Made by a program: the position numbers and the translations under genes. The notes below the pieces were generated by a model, which was given only the letters and a program-made list of their open reading frames with translations, ran no database searches and was not told where the DNA came from. DNA of 64,000 nt, from NCBI RefSeq assembly GCF_006345805.1, contig NC_043006.1:40548001-40612000 (forward strand). Direction: 5' to 3'. Positions 24,755-38,206 of the stretch are shown piece after piece; within the stretch, counting starts at the first letter, position 1, and the number at the start of each line of letters is the position of its first letter. The stretch is from Octopus sinensis (taxonomy: Eukaryota).

Positions 24755-25750
24755 AAGGGCATAATAACATTATTTAGAAGAGCATGATAATATTATTTAG
24801 AAGGACAAAATAACATTATTTAGAAGGATGTAATAACACTATTTAGAAGAGCATAATAATATTATTTAGAAGGACGAAATAACATTATCTAGAAGGGCAT
24901 AATAACATTATCTAGAAGGATGTAATAACACTATTTAGAAGAGCATAATAATATTATTTAGAAGGACGAAATAACATTATCTAGAAGGGCATAATAACAT
25001 TATCTTGAAGGATGTAATAACACTATTTAGAAGAGCATAATAATATTATTTAGAAGGACGAAATAACATTATCTAGAAGGATGTAATAACATTATCTAGA
25101 AGGATGTAATAACACTATTTTGAAGAGCATAATAATATTATTTAGAAGGGTGTAATAACATTATTTAGAAGGATGTAATAACATTATTTAGAAGGATGTA
25201 ATAACATTATTTAGAAGGATGTAATAACACTATTTAGAAGGACGAAATAACATTATCTAGAAGGATGTAATAACATTATCTAGAAGGATGTAATAACACT
25301 ATTTCAAAGAGCATAATAATATTATTTAGAAGGGTGTAATAACATTATTTAGAAGGCTGTAATAACACTATTTAGAAGGACGAAATAACATTATCTAGAA
25401 GGATGTAAGAACATTATCTAGAAGGATGTAATAACACTATTTCGAAGAGCATAATAATATTATTTAGAAGGGTGTAATAACATTATTTAGAAGGATGTAA
25501 TAACATTATTTAGAAGGATGTAATAACATTATTTAGAAGGATGTAATAACATTATTTAGAAGGGCATAATAACATTATTTAGAAGGGCATAATAACATTA
25601 TTTAGAAGGGCATAATAACATTATTTAGAAGGATGTAATAACATTATTTAGAAGGGCATAATAACATTATTTAGAAGGGCATAATAACATTATTTAGAAG
25701 GGCATAATAACATTATTTAGAAGGATGTAATAACATTATTTAGAAGGGCA
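24755..25750. repeat. 23-bp minisatellite (AATAACATTATTTAGAAGGRYRT)n, about 43 copies
   Basis: Periodicity read directly; variant units recur in blocks. Confidence 0.95.
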
Positions 25751-27367
25751 CACTTCTTTTCTTGAAGGGTAGAGGCACGTACCCCTCAGGTTCCCCACTG
25801 GGTCTGACCCTGAATACCATTCATAATTTAGCAGTCTTTTATGCAATCGCAGAATGTAAAAATTTGTACTTTAATAGTCCAGAGTACTGTATGTGACTCA
25901 AAAAAGAAAATTAGCTTTTAGAAAATTGACTTTGGCAGCTTCAGATGTGATATTACTCTTGTAGGAGTAAAAGCAAAATAAAGCCGCTTCCCAATTCATA
26001 CAGACTCGTAGGATTAGTTTCCTGATTTCCATAGCGTGTATAAATGGGTGCTGGTCTTTCACAGGATTACTCATTTTTGCCAGCTGAGTGGGATGAAGCA
26101 ACGTGAATGAAAGTGTTTTACTCTAGAACACAATTCGTCACCCAGCCGAGGGATTGAAACTGCAATCTAACAATCATGAGTTCAACTCCCAAACTACTCA
26201 GTTATGAGCCTCCACTCTTGTAGGAGTAATATACAGAAATGAAGATGGCAGAAGTGTTAGCATGCCAGGTGAAATGCTTAGCGGTATCTCATCTGTCTTT
26301 ATGTTCTGAGTTCAAATGCTACAGAGGTCGACTTTGCCTTTCATCATTTCGGGGTCGATAAATTAAGTACCAGTTGCATACTGGGGTCGATCTAATCGAC
26401 TGGTTCCCCTCCCCCAAAATTTCAGGCCTTGTGCCTAGAGTAGAAAAAATATTTGTAGAAGGCAGCAAGCTGGCAGAAACGTTAGCATGCCAGGTGAAAT
26501 TACGTTCTGAGTTCAAATTCTGCTGAGGTCGACTTTACCTTTCATGTGTTTGGAGTCGATAAATTAAGTACCATTTGCACACTGGGGTCAATCTAATCGA
26601 TTTTTCCCCCACGCCCCAAAAATTTCAGGCCCTGTACCTTGAGTAGAAAAGAATACTAAGTAGGATGAAGGCAGCAAGCTGGCAGAAACGTTAGCACACC
26701 GGGTAAAGACTTTGCCTTTCATCCTTTTGGGGTCGTTAAATTAAGTACCAGTTGCATCCTGGGGGCGATCTAGTCAACTGCCCTCGACCCTTTTCAAAAA
26801 TTTGGAGCCTTGTACCTAGAGTAGAAAGGAATATACAGAAATGAATCAAACCTTTCCTCGGGCAGCAAAACATAGTAAAGTTTGAGTAGGACTGATCTAA
26901 TCAATAGTGACACATTACATCTACCCATTTTATCAACTCACTTTCCAATCAATATCTACAGTTAATGATGTAGATAGATAAAGACAGGCATAAGTAATTT
27001 GTATTCAAGATCACTGTATCCTTGTATCAACCAGACAATTGGATGTCTGGTCAGATTGTGCTTCCTTGCATTGTTGTAGCTTTCAAATGATGCTGTCCTG
27101 CTGGCTGAGTGGACAGGTCAATACCCACCCACTAAACACAGTACCAGTCTGTTGTTGCAAGGTTACACATTTACAGCTAAGTGGACAGGTGAAATGTGAA
27201 ATGAAGTGTTTTGTTCAAGAACCTAATGCACTGCTTGTCTAGGATTTAGAACCATGATCTTGCAATCACAAGTGCAATGACCTTGACAACCAGTCTCTGT
27301 ACCTTCACTCTGTTTAAGATACTAATACAAAACATGTTAAAGTGATGTTGAAATTTTTAATACTCAC

Positions 27368-27613
27368 GATATAAGTTGTCTGTAAATATTCTCAGCTGAG
27401 AAATTGTATAATTCTTGTCAAGTTTAACCTTCCAAAAGGGATTCTTCTCCCATTCAGTGGAACTGCACATCCTTTCAAAGATCAAATTGTTTCCATCCAC
27501 AACTGAAGAAGCATTCATTGATGTTTTTCTGTCTCGACAAATCTTACCTTTAAAAATATAGCGTTTTTTCTTTGTGCTTGATTGGGATGCTGGTCGACCA
27601 AGTGCAACATTTA
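27368..27613 (-). CDS. RPTP-like exon 7: F-type lectin N-half (NVALGRPASQSST...VVDGN...CSSTEWEKNPFWKVKLDKNYTISQLRIF)
   Basis: NVALGxPAxQSST, VDGN and NPxWxVxL..YxI motifs of F-type lectin domains; tttcag acceptor, GTGAGT donor, 246 nt, phase 1-1. Confidence 0.92.
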
Positions 27614-28392
27614 CTGAAACAGATGCAGTATGATTATTTAGACATCACCATCATCATTGATGTTTAACATTTATATGGAGGACAAGGATGAAATGGATGA
27701 TGACAGGTATCTTCATTTCTGGCCAAGGTTTAGTAAACTGGTTTGTCTTCCTTCTATGAAGGAAGATAAGGCTAGAAAGGAGATACCTGTCATCAGACAC
27801 ATTTGATAAAAGATGGAAGCAAGTGGTATGCCTGTTTGGTATGAAAGGTCACATGTAAGTGTATCCATAAAAGATTAATAAAAAACCAGCTCAGTGGAGG
27901 AGCATCTTGCGGGGTCATGACTGTTCTCCCACTCCATTGCACTGTGTTTCTCTTTGTCCCCACATTTGCTATATAATTTCGTTAAATTTTTAAATGCATC
28001 TTAGTGTAATTCCATTCGTTACCCTGACCCTGTATCCATCTTGTATTGTCCCCTCTTTGTTTGGGCCTTGTGCCTTGAAATAAAATTCCATTTAACATCT
28101 GTTTTTCCATGTTAGCATGGGTTGGATGGTTCAACAGGAACTAGCAAGCCAGAGAATGTGCCTAAGCTCTAAGGTCTCCTTTGACATTATTTCTCACTGG
28201 ATGTATTTCCTTACACCGACCTCTTTACAGTGGAAACTGAGTGCTTTTTTTTTTTTATATGACACCAACATTAGTGAGGTCACCAAGTGGCTTGCAAGAC
28301 AAAAAAAGAAAGAACAAGATATGCATATGTCTGTGTTTGTATGTCTCAGTATATGCTTATGTCTTTGAGGATACCATTCTAACAAGACTTAC

Positions 28393-28536
28393 CATAATTT
28401 ATATTCTGGCAATTTTCTCCATGCCTTCCATTCTCACATCCATTTTGACAAACTCCAGTCAGCTGATGGCAATCAGAACCATTTTGACAATGACACTCCT
28501 GTGTACATTCCTCACCAAACCATCCAGGGGAACAAC
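28393..28536 (-). CDS. RPTP-like exon 6: EGF-like CSPGWFGEECTQECHCQNGSDCHQLTGVCQNGCENGRHGENCQ
   Basis: MEGF/laminin-type EGF Cys spacing; AG acceptor, GTAAGT donor, 144 nt, phase 1-1. Confidence 0.95.
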
Positions 28537-29132
28537 CTTCCAAAATTTCAAAACAAAACCACAATTAAAAACATAATTTTAGTATTTGTTTTTTATTAAA
28601 AAATCTATTGATGTTGTTTCTATAATTTATATTTTCTTTCTTTTATTTTTCTTAAATTAATTTCCAAAATCAATTATCATTAAAACTTCATCTTTGGAAT
28701 TCTTTTTCATATAATTACTATATATGGAAATATATGTTTGCTTAACAGCATATATTCATTATTCCTAGATTAGTTCACAAATTAAATCTAAATTTTAAAG
28801 CAAATGTATAATTTATGAATAAATAAACAGCTATGATTTTTAACATAAAATGATTATACAGTAGTGGAGTTCCATACCTAAGAAACATACACTTGTTACA
28901 CACATACACACATACACACATTTGCACATATACCAAAGCTCTCATCTCTGATGATTTCAGTCTGCAAGACCTCATCAGTGAGAGGCATCCAGTGACTGCA
29001 GGCTGAAATCACATGATAAGTAAGTTCCGGCACCCATAGCAGATGATTCCCACCCACAATTTATGTCAATGCTTTTACGCAGCATGCACCTATATGAGAC
29101 AATCTCTCAAAGCTAATAACACAGTATCTGGT

Positions 29133-29285
29133 ACATTATTTACATTATTTACATTCGGCGATATTTGTCCTCATCTTGTTTGTTGTTAACACAATGTTTC
29201 GGCTGATATACCCTCCAGCCTTCATCAAGTGTCTTGGGGAAATTTCAAACCTGGGTTCTTATTCCTAAGGTATTTTTCGATGTTG

Positions 29286-29334
<49 letters not shown>

Positions 29335-29358
29335 CATTATTATTATTATTATTATTAA

Positions 29359-29396
<38 letters not shown>

Positions 29397-29482
29397 TCAC
29401 TGCCTGGAATCGAACTTGGAATCTTGGGGTTAGTAGCCCGCGCTCTTAACCACTACGCCATATGCTCTTAAATATAGAACTG
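29133..29482 (-). mobile_element. Family D element, copy 2
   Basis: 11-bp TSD CAGTATCTGGT (29122-32 / 29483-93); HHR at 29188-29233 with C3U and G16.2A changes. Confidence 0.85.
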
Positions 29483-29545
29483 CAGTATCTGGTGTTCTAA
29501 CAAAACACCCATGTTATGTTGGAAACATAGAAATTAGTTATTTAC

Positions 29546-29701
29546 CAAAAAGTTTAATATTGTCTATGCAGGAATTGTTGGCCATAATTTGAATCTTATT
29601 TGTAGTTATGTCTCCTGAACACAATAGTTCTGTTGCTACACGTTTTGTAGGTTTGCATTCAAGAGTCTGATTATCAGAACCAAAGATGTTTGTAATTGTA
29701 T
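29546..29701 (-). CDS. RPTP-like exon 5: C-half of the same domain (TITNIFGSDNQTLECKPTKRVATELLCSGDITTNKIQIMANNSCIDNIKLF)
   Basis: ttccttttggtttcag acceptor, GTAAAT donor, 156 nt, phase 1-1, open; missed by the ORF track. Confidence 0.85.
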
Positions 29702-29805
29702 CTGAAACCAAAAGGAAAAAAGATTATTAAAACATAGATTGCTTAAATGACATTAGTGTAGTGGAGAGCAGCAGATATTTGCAGAATGCAGGACAAAACA
29801 TGTTG

Positions 29806-29840
<35 letters not shown>

Positions 29841-30191
29841 ATGCATGCACTTACCTGTGCGTGTGTGTGTGTGTATAAATAGATAGATATCATCATCATC
29901 ATCATCATCGACCAGCAGTAATGATGATAATGATGATTATGACAATGATAATGTTGGTGGTGGTGGTGACTCAGCAGCGATGGTGGTGGTAGTAGTGGTG
30001 GTGGTAGTGGTGGTGGTGGTAGGGTTAGGGTTAGTGGTGGTAATGACATTGGTGGCAGCAATGATGGTGGTGGTGGTGGTGCTAGTGCTAGTGGTGCTGG
30101 TGGGGTACTTGCATCGGTGGCGGTGGTGGCAGCGGCAGCAATGATGATGATGGTGGTGGTGGTGGTGATGATGATGATGATGATGATGATA

Positions 30192-30244
<53 letters not shown>

Positions 30245-30355
30245 GATGGTGGTTTATGGTGATGACAGTAATGACAATGACGATGACAAACATTTATTTA
30301 AGCAAAAGAAACTGTTTGGTTTTTTTTTTTTTTTGTTTTGGTGGGGTACACTCAC

Positions 30356-30511
30356 CTGAAATTCTGCCATGAAGTCTTATTTGGTGGATCCTGTAGACGT
30401 GATTGAACTGTATTGATTGGTTCCGTCCTGTTATATTTCTACATGTGTTATTGGCATTCACATCAAACATCACCATGCCAGTTTGAGATTTGAGAAATTC
30501 GTGGTATAAAC
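30356..30511 (-). CDS. RPTP-like exon 4: N-half of a galactose-binding-like domain (LYHEFLKSQTGMVMFDVNANNTC...YRIHQIRLHGRIS)
   Basis: ttccttgtctccag acceptor, GTGAGT donor, 156 nt, phase 1-1; FDxNxNTC and YxIxxIxL resemble the F-type/discoidin-like fold. Confidence 0.88.
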
Positions 30512-30619
30512 CTGGAGACAAGGAAATAATGAAATGGAGACATTAGAGACAACAGATACAGAGGCAACAATGAGTTGCGATAGCAAGATATATTACAAAA
30601 TATAACTTATTATATAAAC

Positions 30620-31164
30620 CTCTCTCTCTCCTTCTCTCTCTCTCTCTCTCTTTCTCTCTCTCCTTCTCTCTCTCTTCCTTTCTCTCTCTCCTTCTCTCTC
30701 TTCCTCTCTCTCTCTCTTCCTTGTGATCTGTGTTTCTCTTGCTCTCTTAACCTCTTTCGCTCTCCCTATCTTTCTCTCTATCACTTTCAGCATTCTTATT
30801 TGCTCTCTCTCTTTCTCCTTCTCTCTCTCTCTCTTTCACTCTCCCTCTCTCTCTCGCTCTCCTCTTTCTTCCTTGTGATCTGTGTTTCTCTTGCTCTCTT
30901 AACCTCTGTCATTGTCTTTCGCTCTCCCTATCTTTCTCTCTATCACTTTCAGCATTCTTATTTGCTCTCTCTCTTTCTCCTTCTCTCTCTCTCTCTTTCA
31001 CTCTCCCTCTCTCTCTCGCTCTCCTCTTTCTTCCTTGTGATCTGTGTTTCTCTTGCTCTCTTAACCTCTGTCACTGTCTTTCGTTCTCCCTATCTTTCTC
31101 TCTATCACTTTCAGCATTCCTATTTGCTCTCTCTCTTTCTCCTTCTCTCTCTCTTTCACTCTCC

Positions 31165-31196
<32 letters not shown>

Positions 31197-31287
31197 CTCT
31201 CTCTTCCTTGTGATCTGTGTTTCTCTGGCTCTCTTAACCTCTGTCACTGTCTTTCATTCGCCCTTACCACTTTCAGCATTCCTATTT

Positions 31288-31330
<43 letters not shown>
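30620..31330. repeat. TC-rich composite tandem repeat (about 160-bp unit, about 4 copies)
   Basis: CCTTGTGATCTGTGTTTCTCTTGCTCTCTTAACCTCT recurs near 30719, 30872, 31032 and 31206; single relative at about 58730. Confidence 0.85.
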
Positions 31331-31337
<7 letters not shown>

Positions 31338-32653
31338 TCTCTTTCTTTTCCTTCTGCTCTTTATATATTTCTCTTACTCTTTCAACCTTCACCTGTATCC
31401 TTCAGTCTCTCTATCAGACAGTTTCTCTATTTGTCAGTCTCTCTACCTGCCAGTCTCCCTATCTCTCTCAACACATTCCTATTTACTCTCTTTATTTCTC
31501 TTTTCTCTCTCTCACTTTCTTGTGCTCTATACAGGTCAACTTTGCCTTTCATTTGTTCAGGGTTGATAAATTAAGTACCAGTTGCATACTGGGGTCGATC
31601 TAATCGACTGGCCCCCTAATCCAAAACTTCGGGCCTTGTGCCTAGTGTAGAAAGGAATATAGCTGTTATCTAAGGCGGCGAGCTGGCAGAATCGTTAGCA
31701 CGCCGGGCGAAATGCTTAGGAGTATTTCATCTGCCACTATGTTCTGAGTTCAAATTCCGCCGAGGTCAACTTTGCCTTTCATCGACTTAATCCCTTTATC
31801 TGTCCTTGTTTGTCCCCTCTGTGTTTAGCCCCTTGTGGGTAGTAAAGAAATGGGTATTTCATCTGTCTTTACATTCTGAGTTCAAATTCCGCAGAGGTTG
31901 ACTTTGTCTTTCATCCTTTCAAGGTCGATTAAATAACCACCAGTTACATACTAGGGTCGATATAATCGACTTAATCCGTTTGTCTGTCCTTGTTTGTCCC
32001 CTCTATGTTTAGCCCCTTGTAGGCAATAAAGAAATAAAAAAATGTTAGCATGCTGGGCAAAATGCTTAGCGGTATTTTGTCTGCCTTTATGTTCTGAGTT
32101 CATATTCCGGCAAGGTCGACTTTGCCTTTCATCCTTTCAGGGTCGATAAATTAAGTACCAGTTGTGTACTGGGGTCAGTCAAATCCACTGCTACCCCCCA
32201 AAAAAGAATACTACTGTGCATCCCCAATTTACTGGAAATCTTATATGAACCCTTAGGGATCATACAGATCCCACTTGAGAACCACTGATCTACACAAAGT
32301 TTCCTCGGTAACCTCTAAGTTATTGCAGAGGTGCGTGGCTTAGTGGTTAAGGTGTTGGACTCATGATCGTAAGATTGTGGTTTCACTTCCTGGACTGGGC
32401 AATGCATTGTATTCTTGAGCAAAACACTTCATTTCACATTGCTGTGGAGGTCCATGGCTTAGTGGTTAGGGTGTTGGACTCATGATTGCAAGATTGTGGT
32501 TTCAATTCCTGGACCAGGCAACACATTGTGTTCTTCACCAAAGCACTTCATTTCATGTTGTTTCAGTTTGCTCAGCTGTCAAAAATGAGTAATAACTGAT
32601 GATGATGATGATGATAGTGGTGGTGGTGGTGGTGATGTGCATAATCATCACCC

Positions 32654-32698
<45 letters not shown>

Positions 32699-33634
32699 GG
32701 ATAGTTTTAATGATAGTTAAGCAACACAAGTTTGTTATAAACAAGAAGTTGGTTAAGCTGGTAATTAGCTTATGAGTGTAGTTTAAGTAATTAACTTATT
32801 AGAGTTAATTTGTGAGATAATCACTTTCTGTGAGATAGTGTCTGATATAAATAGCATGGATGCTATAAGAACAAGTGAAATTATCCAAACATACAATGGA
32901 CCAACTTCCCATCCAGGTGGGTTATTTATATACGCCATGGAAACCAGGAAACTGGTCCTTATGCTTTGTCATTGCAACAGAAGGTAGCCTTTACTTTTTT
33001 TTTTTTTAACTGAATCACTGGTCATGGTTCTCTGTCAAATGCCTTCTCCGAATCAATGAAAGACCAGAATACTTGTTAATTCTTGGCCAGTTGCCTCACT
33101 AGCAAAGATTTCACCTGTGTCTGTATTTGTTCCCCAGCACTGATTGACAACTGGTGTTGGTGTGTTTACATCCTTTTTACATCCCGGTAACTTAGCAGTT
33201 CAGCAAAAGATACCATTAGAATAAGTACCAAGCTTTAAAAGAAATAAGGACTGAGGTTGATTTGTTCTTCAAGGAGGTGCCCCAGTATGGCCACAGTCTA
33301 ATGACTGGAACAAGTTAACAATAACAGACAAAAATTAAAATAATACAAACTACCTTCACAAACTAAATAGCTAACCTCATCTACCAAGTCTCCATTGTTA
33401 TTAGCAATCAGATATTCTGGGTATGTTTTGTTTTCATTCAAAATACAGTAGAACCTTGCAGCTCAAGTGCACCATGGTACGAGTAATTTGCTGTACGAGC
33501 TGGACTTGTGTGAATTTTTGTCTTGAAGTATGAGTGGAAGTTCGCAGTAAGAGCAGAAATCTGCAGTACGAACAGAAATCTGCAGAACAAGCAGAAATCT
33601 GCAGTATGAACAGAAATTGGTAGTATGAACAGAA

Positions 33635-33861
33635 GGCGAGCTCGCAGAAACGTTAGCACGCCGGGCGAAATGCTTAGTGGTATTTCGTCTGCATTATGTT
33701 GTGAGTTCAAATTCTGCCGAGGTCGACTTTGCCTTTCATCCTTTCGGGGTCAATAAATTAAGTACCAGTTATGCACTGGGGTCGATGTAATCGACTTAAT
33801 ACCTATGTCTGTCCTTGTTTGTCCCCTCTGTGTTTAGCCCCTTGTGGGTAATAAAGAAATA
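33635..33861 (+). mobile_element. SINE family A (other copies near 4561, 8598, 16430, 17845, 20375, 26245-26830 x3, 31530-32210 cluster, 59330, 61289-61725 x2)
   Basis: 16-bp TSD GGTAGTATGAACAGAA; head GGCGAGCTGGCAGAA...GAGTTCAAATTC; central GCCTTTCATCCTTTCGGGGTCGATAAATTAAGTACCAG. Confidence 0.9.
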
Positions 33862-34700
33862 GGTAGTATGAACAGAAATCTGCAGGACAAGCACACAAAC
33901 TGTCCCATCTTTAAGGTAATTCGGTTAATAAAACCAGTTTACATATTTCTTTTGTATTCTCTTTTTTATAATTGTCATTTTACTTATAACTACACCTTTC
34001 CTGTTTTAAAACCCACAAAAAATTATTTTTGAGTGGTTTTGGGGGTCTGGAACTGATTAATTATATTTTAGTTAAATTTCAATAGGAATGCAGAATGATT
34101 GATGTTAGGAAGAGCATCCAACTGTAAAAATCCTGCCATAACAGTTACAGAAGTTTGGTGCAGACTTCGGCCCTGGCCGGCTTTTTTGGTACCGTCCTAC
34201 CCATGCTAGCATGGAACACAGACATTAAATGACAATGATGATGATGATGATGATGTTGAAAATTGATTTGTAAAACAAGAAAATCATAAGACGAGCTTGG
34301 TCATGAAATGAACTAAACTCATACTGATGATGGTGGTGGTGGTAGTGGTAGTGGTGGCGGCGGTGGTGGTGGCGGTGGCGGTGGATGTGCATTATCATCA
34401 CCATCATCATCATCATAGGACAGTTATAATGATAGTTAAGCAACACAAGTTCGTTATAAACAAGAAGTTGGTTAAGCTGGTAATTAGCTTATGAGTGCGG
34501 TTTATGTAATCAACTTATTAGCGTTAATTTGATACATAATTGCTTCCTGTGAGACAATGTTTGACATAGATAGCATGGATGCTGTAGGAATAAGGGAAAA
34601 TATCCAAACACTTTTAATTTGTGATAGTGGTTGGCATGGTTCTGGAAAACACAGAATGGTTGTGTCAGTTATCATTAAAATGTTTAGTGGAATTATGTGT

Positions 34701-34743
<43 letters not shown>

Positions 34744-34966
34744 AAGTGATGATGAAAAGTTTCTGGCTTTAAGAGTATTGCAAAAGGCCTGGCTAGAGGC
34801 TCAACCTTCCGAGTTCTAAGCCCTGTCTTACAGGGCTTAGAAAAACTGAGGGACCACTGCATTAAGTGTGTGAATCTGAGAGGGCAATATGTTAAAGAAA
34901 ATCATAATTAACTGATCCTCCTGTATTTTCTTTCACCCAAAGCCAGGAATTTTTCAGCCCCACCTC

Positions 34967-34997
<31 letters not shown>

Positions 34998-35189
34998 AAG
35001 ATTAAAAGAAAATAAAGATAGGTGTAGGAGTGGCTGTGTGGTAAGTAGCTTGCTTACCAACCACATGGTTCCAGGTTAAGTCCCACTGCATGGCACCTTG
35101 GGCAAGTGCCTTCTACTATAGCCTCAGGCCGACCAAAGCCTTGTGAATGGATTTGGTAGACAGAAACCGAAAGAAGCCCGTCGTATGTA

Positions 35190-35260
<71 letters not shown>

Positions 35261-35792
35261 GTGTGCTGGTGTGTTTACATCCCTGTAACTTAGCAGTTCG
35301 GCAAAAGAGACCGATAGAATAAGTACTACGCTTACAAAGAATAAGTCCTGGGGTCGATTTGCTCGACTAAAAGGTGGTGCTCCAGCATGGCCACAGTCAA
35401 ATGACTGAAACAAGTAAAAGAGTAAAAAGAGTATATATGGTTGACATGTTATAAATCTAATTTATTAATGTTATAATAAAGTTATACTACACTATAATAT
35501 AATAAATAAGAATATAAAAACAAATAGAAATAGAAATTTTTAAAAAATTAATTTTAGCATTTTTATTATATTTTATTATTTTGTATCATATTATATCATA
35601 GTATAATTATATTATAACATTAATAAATTAACTTTATGCCATTGTGTGGTAAGGAGCTTGCTCTCCCATCACATGGTTCCTGGTTCAATCCCACAGCATG
35701 GCACCTTGGACAAGTGCCTCCTACTATAGCCTCGGGCAGACAAAAGCCTTGTGAGTGGATTTGGTAGACAGAAACTGAAAGAAGCCCGTCGC

Positions 35793-35830
<38 letters not shown>

Positions 35831-36213
35831 CTGTGTTTGTCCCCCCACCATCACTTGACAACCGATATTGGTGTGTTTATGTCCCTGTTATGCAGCGGTT
35901 CAGCAAAAGAGATTGATAGAATAAGTACTAGGCTTCCAAAGAATAAGTCCTGGGGTCGATTTGTTCTACTAAAGGCGGTGCTCCAGCATGGCCACAGTCA
36001 AATGACTGAAACTAATAAAAGAATAAAAGAATAAAAGAATAATATGTCAATCGTTTATCTCTGTTTTCTTTTAATTTTTCTATATTGAATATATATCCTT
36101 TTGAGTTGAGAGAAGTTTTTTCTCTGCACTATTGGGCATTTAACTGAGGAACCAGGAGAAAATTGGTTGTTCCATCCCTTTAAAGGAAACTGTTTTTCCT
36201 TGGATTGAATATA

Positions 36214-36253
<40 letters not shown>

Positions 36254-36267
36254 TATATTATATATAT

Positions 36268-36312
<45 letters not shown>

Positions 36313-37090
36313 TGATGATAACTTACCAATTAGTTCATTACATATAACTAAATATACTTTTCAAATTCTGGCACAAAGCCAGCAATCTTGGAAAATGTGT
36401 AAGTCAACCCCCATTGTTCAGCTGGTACTTATTTTATTGTCCCTCACCATCATTTGAACTCAGAATATAAGGTTGGGAGAAATAACCCTAAGTAATTTAT
36501 CTGGTGCGATAACAATTCTTTCTTTTGTTGCCAAATATCTTGGTTACCTGTCACTGCCTCTATGAGACCCAACACTCAAATGGTTCTTTGTACATGCCAC
36601 CGGCACAGGTGCCAATCAGACAGCACTGGCAGGCACTGGCATTTGCCACAAATGCACTGGCATCAGTCACAACAACTCGTATTGGTCACAACTCACTGAT
36701 AATGGCCACGACTCACTGGCACCAGCCGTGACTGCACAAGCATCAGCTATGACTCACTGGGATCAGCCACAGTTCACTGGCACCCACCATGGCTTACTGG
36801 CAACAGCCATGACTGCACTGGCATCAGCTACGACTCACTGCATTGGCCATGACTTACTAGCATTGGCCACGACTGCATTGGTGTCAGAGACAACACATAA
36901 AAAGCACTGTATTGCACTCTGGAAAGTGGTTGACATTAGGAAGAACATACAGCTTTAGAAAACATACCAAAGCAGACAATGGAACCTGGTGGGGTTCCTG
37001 GCCTTGCCAGTTCCTGTCGAGCCATCCAACCCATGCCAACATGGAAAATGGACATTAACTGATGATGGTGATGATGACCATAATGGTAAC

Positions 37091-37147
<57 letters not shown>

Positions 37148-37270
37148 GGTGGTGGTGGTGGTGGTGGTGGTGGTGGTGGTGGTGGTGGTGGTTATGCTGG
37201 TGGTGGTGGTGGTGGTTATGCTGGTGGTGGTGATGATGATTATGGTACTGAATACTGAAATACAACTTAC

Positions 37271-37420
37271 GTTTTTGGCAGTTTGGTCCCTCGTAACCAA
37301 AGATACATCCTTTGCCATTACAATGACCATTGTTGGTGACATTGCAAAATCTCAATTGTTTGCAATGACATTGGTGTTTTTTGCCTTTTCCAAAACGATC
37401 GATTCCTTTGTTGCAGTTCT
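37271..37420 (-). CDS. RPTP-like exon 3: EGF-like NCNKGIDRFGKGKKHQCHCKQLRFCNVTNNGHCNGKGCIFGYEGPNCQK
   Basis: tttttttggcag acceptor, GTAAGT donor, 150 nt, phase 1-1; CxC...C...C..GYxGxxC pattern. Confidence 0.93.
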
Positions 37421-37540
37421 CTGCCAAAAAAACAATTCAAAAGGAAATATAAAGAATTGGATTTAAAACAGTCAGCCATTGTTTTGAATACATAAAGGTT
37501 CCAAGATTGCATTGCCATAGAATACTGCGAAACAATGTGC

Positions 37541-37577
<37 letters not shown>

Positions 37578-38059
37578 CACAAACACATACATACACTAAC
37601 AGACACACATACACACACAGGCACGTACACACATGCACAAACACATACATACACTAACAGACACACATACACAAACATGCACACACACACATGCACATAC
37701 ACACACTTACACACACTCACTCACGTGCCCGTACACACACACAAATACACACACATACACACACACACATACACACACACACACATGCACAGGTGCATAC
37801 ACACGTACATATACACACGCATGCGCACACACACAGAGGCACACGCACACACATGTGTACACACTTATACACATGCACACATGCATACACAAGTACATAC
37901 ACACACGCATGCACACACATACACATGCACACACATACACATGCACACACATACACACACACACACACACTCACACATGCAAGCGCATCTGTGCATGTGT
38001 GTGTGTGTGTGTGTGTATGTGTGTGTGAGTACGTGTGCATGTGTATGTGTGTGCATGTG

Positions 38060-38098
<39 letters not shown>

Positions 38099-38206
38099 AA
38101 TCAAATAAATAAATAAACAAAAGAAAAGGAGCAAATATTTTAAATCAGATGGCAGCTGACTATTCTTATTAACTCTTCGATGAATCATTATTTCAAAATG
38201 TCCTAT

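Noticed and set aside
36600-36900. ALAxxT-like repeated peptide ORFs
   Set aside because: They come from a degenerate about 20-bp tandem repeat (GCCACGACTCACTGGCATCA) with no splice signals.
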